64,000 nt of DNA from assembly GCA_918797485.1 (NCBI GenBank), contig CAKKNE010000004.1, positions 4,092,001-4,156,000 of the forward strand, given 5' to 3'. The notes below the pieces were generated by a model. The model was not told where the DNA came from, did no database searches, and saw only the letters and a program-made list of their open reading frames with translations. Below, piece after piece: positions 1 to 10,400 of this stretch (positions are counted from its first letter, which is position 1; each line of letters opens with the position of its first letter). The position numbers were made by a program, and so were the translations under genes. This DNA comes from Pelagomonas calceolata. Its lineage: Eukaryota.

Positions 1-76
1 GTAATCGATTTGCCATGCGTGGAACTGCTTCGCATGTGTACGTTCGTGATGTCTCGACCCGGCGCGGAACGCACAG

Positions 77-171
77 GTATAAAAACCGCGGTCCGCGTAG
101 AGGCCAAATTTCAGACCCAACGCGTGGACCTTGTCTACGACCACTTTCAGACCGTCCGGGAATTTGAGTGA
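77..171 (+). CDS. Possible last exon of a gene entering from the left edge
   Basis: Acceptor-like CGCACAG ends at 76, followed by a 95-nt open frame (IKTAVRVEAKFQTQRVDLVYDHFQTVREFE*) ending TGA 169-171. No product recognisable. Confidence 0.3.
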
Positions 172-589
172 ATCGGGCACGAGCTCTCCTTTTTCATTCA
201 GCAAAGGCGCCTGCCAGCAGTCGTCGACGTTCAAAAAGGTGTAGCCCTTCTGCGAGAAGTTCGACTGCACGAGGCCTTGTGCTAAGCTTAAGATAGTCGT
301 GGCTTCGACGCCGTCGCAGCGGACGTCGTTCCAGGTGTTGTAGCCTAATGCGGGCAACTTGCCGATTTCGTGGCGCTGCGGCGTCGCGGCGGCGAGCGCT
401 GCGAGCAGGAACCTGTGCATGCTGCCCAGTGCAAAGCTGTGGCTGCAGTGAGAGAGCTGTCTTGCTCAAGCGTTGCGACTGCGTGCACAAGCGCTGCGGG
501 GCGCTGGAGTACAGTTCAAACGACGCAAAACGGTGGGCTGGCACCGCCGTCGCTGTGCGCTCTGGAAGCAAAAAGAGCAAGGCAAGAGA

Positions 590-613
590 GCTAGCGGCAT
601 GTAAGACACTAGC
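590..613 (+). promoter_or_regulatory. Conserved intergenic motif copy 1
   Basis: gctagcggcatgtaagacactagc, ~160 bp upstream of ATG 773. Confidence 0.65.
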
Positions 614-772
614 AAAGCAAGCAACGCGTTCATGCGCGCGCGCCCGCCTTGTTAGACACAAGAAGTCTGATTTGGGTCTTTCGCATTTGGGTCGTGACAA
701 ACGTGAAGAGTTTAGATAACATTGTACATATTGTACATTGAATTGCGCGGATCTCAGGGCGGTCCTGGGCAG

Positions 773-1669
773 ATGGTCAATGTGCCGCACAATGTGGCCA
801 TTGCCGCAATGCGCTTGGAGCCACTGGTTCCCGAGACGCATGGCCTTCCCGCGGTAAAAGCATGGGTGGAGTCTGGCGGCGACGTGAACGGCATTTTTGA
901 TCCGGACGCGCACACCGGGGGTCGAGAGGGTTGTCACCCGAGCCTCAGGCATTTAGAGCCTGGCGGAGAGCCGCTCCTTTCGCTCGCGATTGGCGGTGTT
1001 GGGCTCGAAGGTAAGGCAATTGTTAGTCGTGTACGCGTTTTTCGGGACCGTCGCCGTCTCGAGCACCGCCTCGAGCTCATTCGGTATTTGTTAGCGCGCG
1101 GGGCAGACCCAAACTTTGGCAAACCTATGTACCTGGTTGCTGGATCATGGTGTGAAGAATTCAGGCTCATCGCAGGGGAACTATTAATAGACGCTGGTGC
1201 CAATCTCGAAGCTGCAGCTGAACATGGATACACGCCACTCGCTAGAGCTCTGGATCTTTATCCTTACAATAACATGGAGTTTATCAGACTACTACTCCGC
1301 CGCGGCGCATCTTTGGACTTCCCCGAGTGCAGTGAAGTACTTTCGGGCGTCACTAGAAATAGAGCAGAGGCTTTCATGCAGTCGCAACTAAGATGGTTCG
1401 CATTCAGTGACGGTGAGGAGGACATTAACAGGGTCGAGGAAAGGCTACGCCTCGTCACCGCCGTCCGGGCCGCGGGCTCGTGGAAGAGCTACTGCAGGAC
1501 CCCCCACAAATCCCTCGTTGTTTTCCGCTCGCTCCTCGCGCGCGGTCGGGCCCGGCGCCGACCGCTCTGGGACCAGCCGACGCCGCACGCGCTCGTGCGC
1601 CTCTTCGACCCGTCGCTGCCGAACGGCGTCTTCTGGCACGTCCTCTCCTACTGGCGCGAGACCGGCTAA
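773..1669 (+). CDS. Ankyrin-repeat protein
   Basis: ANK motifs LIRYLLARGADPN, LLIDAGANLE..HGYTPLARAL, IRLLLRRGASLD; C-terminal LPNGVFWHVLSYW. First ATG 773, alternative 809. Confidence 0.8.
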   Translation: MVNVPHNVAIAAMRLEPLVPETHGLPAVKAWVESGGDVNGIFDPDAHTGGREGCHPSLRHLEPGGEPLLSLAIGGVGLEGKAIVSRVRVFRDRRRLEHRLELIRYLLARGADPNFGKPMYLVAGSWCEEFRLIAGELLIDAGANLEAAAEHGYTPLARALDLYPYNNMEFIRLLLRRGASLDFPECSEVLSGVTRNRAEAFMQSQLRWFAFSDGEEDINRVEERLRLVTAVRAAGSWKSYCRTPHKSLVVFRSLLARGRARRRPLWDQPTPHALVRLFDPSLPNGVFWHVLSYWRETG

Positions 1670-1674
1670 GAATC

Positions 1675-4600
1675 TTAAGTACCACCACCACTATTGTTTT
1701 CGACCTCGGTCGGCGGCCGCGGCGGAGAAGTCGCCCGCGCGAACCCGTCCGCCGCCGCCGCGCGGTCCGGCGACCACTCGATCTTCTTCACCACTAAAGG
1801 AGCCGGCGCATGTCTCCCAAACGGCGGCGCGGCGAACCGCCCCGCGCCGCCCCCAAACACGGGGGGCGGCGACGCCGACACGTCCTCGCGCCGCGGCGGC
1901 GGCCGGAACGAGTCGTCGTCGTCGCTCGAGTCCGAGGATGCTGACGAGTCCTCGCGCCGCTTCTTTTGCTGCGGCGCGACGCCGACGATGGGCGGCTTGC
2001 GCTTCGCTCGTCGTCGCCCCGGAGACCGCCTAGGTGAGGTCCCTCGAGACCCGTCGGAGGACGCCTCGTCGCTCGAATCGTCCTCGGTCGGCGGCGTGCC
2101 GCTGCGCATCTTGTCTATTCGGCGCTGCGGTGCGGCCGACGCATGCAATGGACTTCGATTGGAATCGACGGACGACGACCCGTCGGAGGACGACGCCGCG
2201 CTTTCATCATCATCAGAAGAATTTTCATCAAGGTCGTCATCATCATCATCATCGAAGTAGGCCTCCTCGCCGTCCTGCTCCGCGATTCTGGCGCGTCGTT
2301 CTCTTTGGACTTCCGACCCGACGTCATCCGTGGCTGAACGACCCGCTCTAGCTACGAGATCCCTGTTTTGAGCGTGCCGGGTCTCGAGACCTTCCAGCAA
2401 CGGTCGATGCGTCGCGCTCCGCGACAACGCGCCGGCGTGCTGCTCGACCAAGTGAGCAACTAAACCCTTCACATTTTCCGAGCGGACAAACTCCGCAAGC
2501 TCCGCGACCGCAGAAGTAACTAAAGAATCGCCCGGTTGGAGTCGTGAATTGGTCGAGACCTGCACGTCCGACGACAGCAGCTTCAATACGGGCGCCAGGG
2601 ACCCGTTCTTCACTAAATAGCGAGCGTAGAAGTCGTCCTTGGCACCGACGCAAGCCCGGACAAACCTTAAAGCTGCCAACTGCAGGGGCTTGTCGCCGAC
2701 CTCCACTGCTGATTCCAAGCACGTGACAACTCTCCCGGCGACGTTATGCCGTAGCACAAAGTACTTCATGCGGTAGCGATGCGCGCGGACGCAGTGCGCC
2801 AGTATCTCACAAGCGTACGCGCAGGCCGGACCCCTTTTGACCTTATTATTTTCGACGCCACAATCATAAAGAGGCTCGACCAGCCAGGGCATGTAGTGCT
2901 CGTAGAATTCTGCTAAGAATTCATCGCCTTCCGAGTCGTCCGGGGCTCCGGCGTCGAGCACTAATCTGCAGGCATCTGCCGCATGTAACCGAGTAGCCGC
3001 GTCGTCATCCGTCAAGGCGAGACATCTAAGTACACCAAATAAACAAGGAGTGGAGGTATCAGACTGGAGCCGTGCTCGTTTCTTAACGGGGCCCGGAGGC
3101 GCCTCGTCGTCGTTATTACCTTTTTGCCTTGATTGTTTCGTGAACCAGGACGGCGGCGCGGGTGGCGGTCTCGCGACGGAATCCCTTCGTAACGACGCCG
3201 CGTCCACTCTCAGAGCCGTGGCGACGACTTCGACACTGCACAATCGAGCTTGCCTTTGTCTGTCAGAGGAGACAGAAAGAGAAGCACCGGCCCCGCAGTC
3301 GGCGAAGGCTTGCGCGAGAGCACCGTACAAATCCGCCTCCACAAATAAATGTCTATACAGGGCATCTCTAGCCGAAGGCTGCGCGTTCCTACTCAATCCA
3401 ACCATCTCCCGCAGAAAGCGCAACGCGTCCAACCGAGGCTTCGGGAACGCGTCGTCGTCGTCGTCATCTAGGTCGTTTTGTAAGTCATCAGGCAATGGAG
3501 CCCCACCAGCTAAGTCAACGATTCTCTGTAGATAATCAGTATCAACATGTAAACGTCTGAGGATGTCGTTGTTGTTGTGAAACACCAAAGCGTGCAAGGC
3601 CCCGAACTGCGACTCGTCCATGCCCGGTCTGAGAGCAGCTTCTCGCAATACAGTAGCTCGAAAGTTCTGGACGACGCGCGCTTTCAGTATACTATCAGTC
3701 ATGGGCAGGACCTCGCGCATGACCGACGCTCGTAGTGCCAGATGTCTGAGAGGCACGCGCCGAGCCTGTTTCGCCGTCCGAGGCTCGCCCGGCAGAGCCT
3801 CGCGAGTAGCGTTACTATCGAGCGTGTTTCTCCTCTCAAGTAACCCATCATCAGATTCGTCTTCACCATTACACTTCGCCACGGCTTCCCGCGCCGCTTG
3901 CCGATCCTTCTTCAACGGACTCTCGGGCGGTTCTTCGTCCGACGCGTCCGGCCTTTGTTTCAAATCTGCGGCGTACTCAAGGGCCCCTAAGAAGGGTTCG
4001 AACAACGGCTGGTCCAGCAACGCTTCGACCAAGGGCGGCTCGTTCAGCAGCACGACGAGTTTCGCGACATCCGCCAATTTGCGAAGCGTCTCCACATCAT
4101 CAGCATCCTGCGCGGAACGACGGCGTCGCGAAACTGCTCTCGCGAGGCGCGTGGACTCTCTCGAGGCGACGCGGTCTCGTGACGACGCCATCGCCGCCAC
4201 GAGATCAAGTTCAAGGGCAGTTTCTGCTCTGGGCCGCTGACCTCCGCATCATCAAAACACGCGGCGAACTGCCTCAGTAACAACGCGTCGTCGGCGAGGA
4301 GGGTCGCGGCGTACCTTTCTTTGGCTGCTAGGGACGTGGCGGCTCTCGCCAGCGTACACGCCCATTCGTCGAGCGCGACGCCATGTGCGGGCGTCGGTAG
4401 GGCTCGCCATTCCAGCGGGGCTCGCTGCGCCGCCGTTTCTAGGGCCGAGGCCACGCCGGCGCCTCTCGCACCCAGTACATGCGCCAGGAACGCTCGCGCG
4501 TGCGTCGCGCCCTCGTCTTCGGCCACTATACTTGGTCTCGGTTCTAAGGACGATGGATCGGCGCCGGGCGGGCCGGGATCGTCTCTTGGAGGTGATGAGG

Positions 4601-5111
4601 GTCGGATGGCTATCGCTGCTCGTAATTTGCCGAGGACCGCGTCACAACCTCGCGCCTCCTGGAAACTGAGGGCGACGCAGGCCGTCTCGCCTCTCCGCAA
4701 ACTAGGTTGGTCGTCGGCTAACGCTGAACCGTCGTCGCCCCGACAGGCGTCCCAGGTCAGGATGTTCTCGCCTTGTCTCGAGACGGGATTCGGGCCCCTC
4801 GGTGCCGAAGCGAGCAACACCTCGGACCGGTCGCCTTCCGACACAACCAACACGCGCGCGCCTTGTAAAGAGACCCGTCCTGTCCCACGGTCGTCCCACT
4901 GGCCCTCGTCGTTCAACCGGTAGACCTTCACGCGCCAGTCTTCCGGCGGCTTGATCGGCGCTTCCGGCGTGCTCGGCTGCGGCGGCGTCGGCGGCGGCGT
5001 GGGCCGCTCGTCCTCGCTCTGGTTTTGGGGAGGTGTCGGCGGCGGCGTCTGGGCACGCGTTTGTGCCGCCGCGACGGCCGCGCTGCCGTCTTCCGAAGCC
5101 TCTGCGGCCAT
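1675..5111 (-). CDS. PPP4R3: Protein phosphatase 4 regulatory subunit 3 (SMEK/PSY2 family), 2 exons: 5111-4242, 4107-1675
   Basis: N-terminal EVH1-like RVKVYRLNDEGQWDDRGTG...LSFQEARGC; SMK-1 region GALEY; C-terminal CEILAHCVRAHRYRMKYFVL and LAALRFVRACVG. GT-AG intron removal joins DDAE|DADDVETLRKL in frame. Confidence 0.9.
4108..4241 (-). other. GT-AG intron (134 bp) in PP4R3
   Basis: GTCAGC...CCGCGCAG. Restores frame between ORFs 4044..5162 and 1675..4200. Contains the acgccatcg motif shared with introners. Confidence 0.85.
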
Positions 5112-5569
5112 GTGCGCTAGCCCAGCGCAGGGCGGCGCTGCCGGCGCGCCCAGGCGCTTCACGTAGATCTATGTGTCTCCACAGCCGTCCGCAGCTTCTG
5201 GTCTGCCACAGCAGGCGTTAATGACCAGGGAGCGACTGCTGAAACAGGCGGCGCCATACTAGGAGAGCTAGAGTCCTTGTACGCTAGGTTTAAAACTTAA
5301 AAGATACGTTTCCGTGCATTCTCGGTTGTCCTGCTTCTCAACAGCCATGGCTCTGGGACCGCAGGACAAGGTCCAGGCGGCTCCCAAAGAGCTCAGCAGA
5401 GACAGGTCTCTCCCATTTACCGCGCCCGCGTTCGCTATCCGCGAGCCGCTGTGCATCAGCGATTGTTCAGTGTTGACCTGCATAGTCGCGCGCAACACCA
5501 CGCCGCCGCCGCGCTCGTAGCTTGCTCCGCGAGCCCGCAAAGCACTACCCTCCTATTTGACCAGCAAGC

Positions 5570-6376
5570 ATGGCCGCGCTCTCCCGCTTCCCCGCCATGG
5601 TCGCCAACAGCCGAGAAGTGGCCTGGGCGCCGCCCGCGGGCACGGGCAAGCTCCAGGGCCAGGCCCAGCTCCGGGACGCGGCCCTCGCGCCGGCGGTGCT
5701 CCAGGTCCTCGAGGCCCGCGGCTGCAACGACGTCGCCGCCGTGAAGCGTTTATCAAGTGCCACGCTCGAGCAGATGGGCGTCCCTCCGCGCTACCGCGAC
5801 GCGCTCGCCGCCGCGCTGTCGGCGCCCGCTCCCTCAACGAAGTGGGGCGACGACGATTCTGATGATACGCCTCCTACTCAATCCAGAAGGCGCGCGCGCG
5901 TCGACGACGAACCGAAACCGGCGCCGGCGCCCCAGCAACAGTGGGCCACCGCTACGGGAGGCAACCGCGCGCAGCGCCGCGCGGCCGCCGCCGCCGCGCC
6001 GAAAAAGGCCACCTCCAACAATTCCCCGGGCTTCGTCTTCCTCTGCAACCGCCTGTCGCGGGGCGAGGTCCGCGACCGCAAGCTCTTTGGCCTGGGCAAG
6101 GGCCAATTGCGCGACATGGAGAAGCACATCACGTCCTCGACGCCGCTCTTCCTCTACGACTTCGACGCGAAGACGCTGACCGGGCCGTGCACGCCCGACG
6201 GGGCCCCGGCGCTCGACATCGACCGCGACGCCTGGCGGGGCCGCTTCCCGGCGCAGCTGCGCTTCCGCGAGGAGCTCGACAAAGTGACGACGCTGCGGAA
6301 CACGAAGTACAAGTCGGGGCCGCTGCCCCTTTCTGATACGCGTACTTTATTGCAGCGGCTGGCGGCGGGGAAGTAG
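5570..6376 (+). CDS. DCD (development and cell death) domain protein with SAM-like N-terminal segment
   Basis: GFVFLCN...RKLFGL...PLFLYDFDAKTLTG...GRFPAQLRF matches the DCD domain pattern. Confidence 0.75.
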   Translation: MAALSRFPAMVANSREVAWAPPAGTGKLQGQAQLRDAALAPAVLQVLEARGCNDVAAVKRLSSATLEQMGVPPRYRDALAAALSAPAPSTKWGDDDSDDTPPTQSRRRARVDDEPKPAPAPQQQWATATGGNRAQRRAAAAAAPKKATSNNSPGFVFLCNRLSRGEVRDRKLFGLGKGQLRDMEKHITSSTPLFLYDFDAKTLTGPCTPDGAPALDIDRDAWRGRFPAQLRFREELDKVTTLRNTKYKSGPLPLSDTRTLLQRLAAGK

Positions 6377-6394
6377 AGCTAAACTAACGTTGTC

Positions 6395-7031
6395 TTACGA
6401 AGCGGGCCCGGCCCCGGGTATATTATCCCTATGGGGCATGATGTGCGAGCCCAGCTTGCAGATGTGCTCCGACGACGTCTCGAGCCACTGCCTGTCGACG
6501 TTCGGCTTGTGCGAGGACACCAGGACTCGAGACCCGTCGACCTCTTTCACGAAGCCCTTGTACCACAAAGCCCTTTCGCCCGTTCCCCGTATCTCCAGCT
6601 CGTCGCCGATGCGCAAGCGGCGCCAGTCGTCCGTATGTGTTAAATGAGGCTGGATGCTTTCATCGTTCCTATCGAACGAGCAGTCCCACCTTGACGACCA
6701 GCCGTTGTAGTGGACCTTGACGCGGTCCCCTTCAATCGCAACGATGCGAGAATCGAACCATCTTCCTTCAGAGTCCTTCGCGTCGATGACGTCGCCCACT
6801 GCCATACTCTCGCGCCACTGCAGGGTTGCTGTGGCCGTGGACGAACCGTTGGCCGTGCCGTCGACGAGCAGGGCGCCGCCGGGCAGGCGCCCGAAGCAGG
6901 GCTCGCAGACGGCGTGGCCGCAGGGCAGGGCCACGACGGGCTCACTCGTCTCGAGGCAGACAAACCGATGCGAAGACTCTGTTCCCGCAGGCGCGCGCGT
7001 GGGTGCTGCGGCAGGTGGGGCAGGTGATCAT
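6395..7031 (-). CDS. RING-finger plus tandem Tudor/Agenet-like domain protein, apparently frameshifted near the 5' end
   Basis: VCLE...VALPCGHAVCEPC (RING); VGDVIDAKDSEGRWFDSRIVAIEGDRVKVHYNGWSSRWD and a second LRIGDELEI...WYKGFVKEVD repeat. ATG 7031 (MITCPTCR) is in a different frame. Confidence 0.6.
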
Positions 7032-7491
7032 GTTATTCTTCGCGTGTCACGTCGGCGTGCAGGCTGCTTGCGGCAGTGGGACAGGCGAGACGCTGATGGC
7101 AGCCAAATGCTGCTCTGTGAGAGAGTGTTCCCCTCTCGGTGCGGGTCGCAGACGCGGAAACCAAACGTGGAGGCCCCCATGGACCGCTCGCCGGACGGAT
7201 GCGAGCTTTGCGAACTTACCCGATAAAGTCTAGCAGCTTCAGGAGCACAAGCAGCAGCACCGCGGCCATGCAGCCAGGAGCGGCTGGGACAGAGAGCTAT
7301 TAGGCACGAGCAGTTGCATTTATCAATCAGTTATAACTCTGCAACAGCTAGCTTGAGCCCTGCCAGCCGCCGACGCCACCAGAGACAGCCAGAGCCCCAG
7401 AGCCACCAGAGCTGAATCAAACAGCGGATGCGCGGCAGCGAATAACTGGACGGACTAACTGGTCATCCCACCGTCCTCAGACAGCCAAGCG

Positions 7492-10400
7492 ATGCAGCTC
7501 GCGCGCACCGCGTCGATGCGCCCGTTCAGCCGCCGGTCGTCCAAAAAGAAGCAGAAGGACGCCGCCGAGACCGCGCTCGTGGCGGCGTTCGCGCGACTGT
7601 GCACCGTCGAGGCCTCGCGAAACGAGCAGAAGCCCCGGTCACTATTCGATCTGTCCACGGACGAACCGCGACTCAGTTCGGACTTGTTCGCGAGCTGTGT
7701 GCTCGGTGAGTTCGACGGTGGTCTACCGAAATCGCTCGCGGAAGTTGTGGTGAGGGCCTGCGACAAGGACAAGGACGGCTTGATATCAAAATCTGAATTC
7801 GCGAAGGCCGTAAAAATCGCGCGACGGGGCGACGCGAAGCAACGGTTAGCTCTGGTCTTTGACGGTTCTAGAGACAAGGACGCGTCTGAAATTGTAGCCT
7901 TGGCGAAGCAGATCGTGGGAAGAGGCGCCAACGACGCGGAGTTGGCCGATCGCGTCGCAGCTGCTCTAGGGGAGGCCTTCAAGGGGTCCAGTCGCTTATC
8001 TCGAAAAAAGTTCGACGAGGCCGTGGATGAGTTACCGGAGGAGGATCGAGAACGAGCTTCCGAGGCGTGTGCTCGTGTCCTATGTCCTGCTGCTCGCGGT
8101 GATGGTGTGGTCCCCGCGGTGCGGAAGCGCTCGGACTCGTTCCGGTCGTCGCGGTTTCCGGTCGCGCCCCGCGTGGAAATCAAAACTGCGCCTGCTCGAC
8201 GGCGTGAGGTTCCACGCCATCAGAAACCCAGCTCACTGGTCGATACACAGGTCGAGCCGGACCCCGAGACGGCTCGATATAGACCGGAGCGAGCCGCTGC
8301 GGATAGACTCTGGAGGGTGCTGAGGAAGCGGTCCGCGTCCGGGGCTGTTGATGCTACTGTAGTAGCATCAGCATTACGAGTCGAGGACGTGTCCCAATTA
8401 TTCGGGGACCGGGACGTGCTCCATCGGAGAGATTTTGTGGATACCATCGCACCTTTGTTAAAACTGTCGTCGAGTGCACCGCTACGAAGCAACGCGCGAC
8501 GGGCGGCGTTCGTCGAGCCTGGGGATGCGAGACCCGGCTCCGCGTTGCTGGAGCGCGACGTCTACCAATCATTGTCATCAGATTCTACACCAGTCACGGG
8601 CGACTGCCGCTATGTCATCTCCAGAAGATGGCTAGACGACTGGGAGAGCTACGCGGGCGTGAGTACGGGGCGACCGCGGGGGCCTTCCACTCTCATTTTT
8701 CCGGAGAAGACTTTGGGATTCACGCTCGGTCTGTCGAATGGTGCTCTTGTTGTTCGCAGTGTGAAACCGTCCTGTGCACATAGTAGAACGCTGTCGATCG
8801 GTGCCGCCCTGACGCATTTGAATGATGTGAGGGTGGTCTGTGAGGATGAAAACGAATTTACGTCGTTACTTTCATCATTAAAACAAGCGGAGCGGCCCCT
8901 CAAACTCACCTTTGGGGGTCTCGACGACGCCCTATCTCCGAGACCGCGACGCGGCGCCGACCGACCGTTCACGATACGGAACGCGGATCTCCTCGAAGCC
9001 AAGGAGATCACGGATTCACCCGAGAGTCCCGCTCGGTTACTGAGGCACTTGCAACAGGGTCGCGACTACGAATTACTCTCGCAAGACGAGTGGCAGGCGC
9101 TAAAAGGATGGTACGGCGCCGACGCGACGTTACAGCGCTTCTATGTGGACGACGAGGCGGAGCCTATGCTCGAATTGTATCCCTGTTTTGTCGATGTGGT
9201 CGACGGCGACGACGAAACGGTCCTTACGACGCTGCAGTGTTCGCTGCGCGATCCTCTACGACGCGTCGCGAGGAAGGTGCGGGAAGCGGTCGAACAACAT
9301 CGCGGGACGTCCATCGTGGCCCACGCTCCTGTGTACCTGCGGACCGCCCAACTCAACGACGAGCGCCGCGTCGACGACGAAGGTTCTGTAACGAGCGAAC
9401 CGAAACGTCGGTCGAAGTCCCCCGCTCGGTTAGAAGACACGCTGGAGGCGATCGTAGAAAATGAAGATCGCGCGTGGGCGCGCGTCGACGACGACGAGAA
9501 GCGGAAATCCCCGAGGAAGAGTAGACGACGCTACCGCTTCTGGCCCTCGTCGTCGTCGAAGAAGGACGACAACGGCGAAGCGCGAGGCTTGTGCAATTTA
9601 GGTAATACGTGCTACATGAACGCTACTCTGCAAGCGCTCGCCGCCGCGCCACCTCTGAGAACTTATTTCGCGTCCGGCGAGTACGCCTTCGACCTCAATA
9701 CCGAATCAAAATACAGCCCGAAAGGTGTCTTAGCCGCTGCTTTTGGGGACCTCGTGAGCGCTTTACAGGAAAAGAAAGGTGGGGCGTTCCGACCGAACCG
9801 GTTCCGGCGCGTCGTCGGTAGGTACGACGCGACGTTCGCGGGCTACCGCCAGCAGGACGCCTTTGAATTTCTCGCTAAATTAGTGGAGGGCCTCGGCGAC
9901 GACCTGAGCGGCCGCGGGAGTGAGTCGAAGCCGTACTACGAGAATCCTCAGCTCGTGAACTCGGAATGTGATATCGATGCCGTGATTTCATCAGATGACC
10001 CATCACTACGTAAAGCAGCTTCCGTGGAGGAGACGGAGGCACTCATAGCTGCGAAGTGCTTGGAACATGAGAGGTTACGACATGATCACTTCGTATCGTA
10101 CTCGTTGCTAGGCCAGACTCGCTATCAACTGGAGTGTGAAAAAACGAATGAATCCTTAGTGTGCTACGAGCAGTGGACGGCACTCACTGTTAATTTACCC
10201 CATGGGCAACCTCGACTCGACGTCTTTTGTCGAGTGTCCTTCGCGGCGAACCGCGCCTGGCCTATTGATGTGCGCGTGGAGTTGCAACAGAAGCAGCACG
10301 CCGTCATTGGGGACGTGTTGGATGCCCTAGCTAATCTAGAGGACCTTGCCGAGAACAAATTAGAGCGGTCGCGATTGGTCGCGTGTCGCATCGATGACGA

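Noticed and set aside
78..85. TATAAAAA as a TATA box
   Set aside because: Lies directly after an acceptor-like CACAG within a probable coding exon; no nearby downstream start.
194..952. ORFs 194..952(-) and 348..719(+)
   Set aside because: No recognisable domains; they span the promoter motif and overlap the ankyrin gene or its upstream region.
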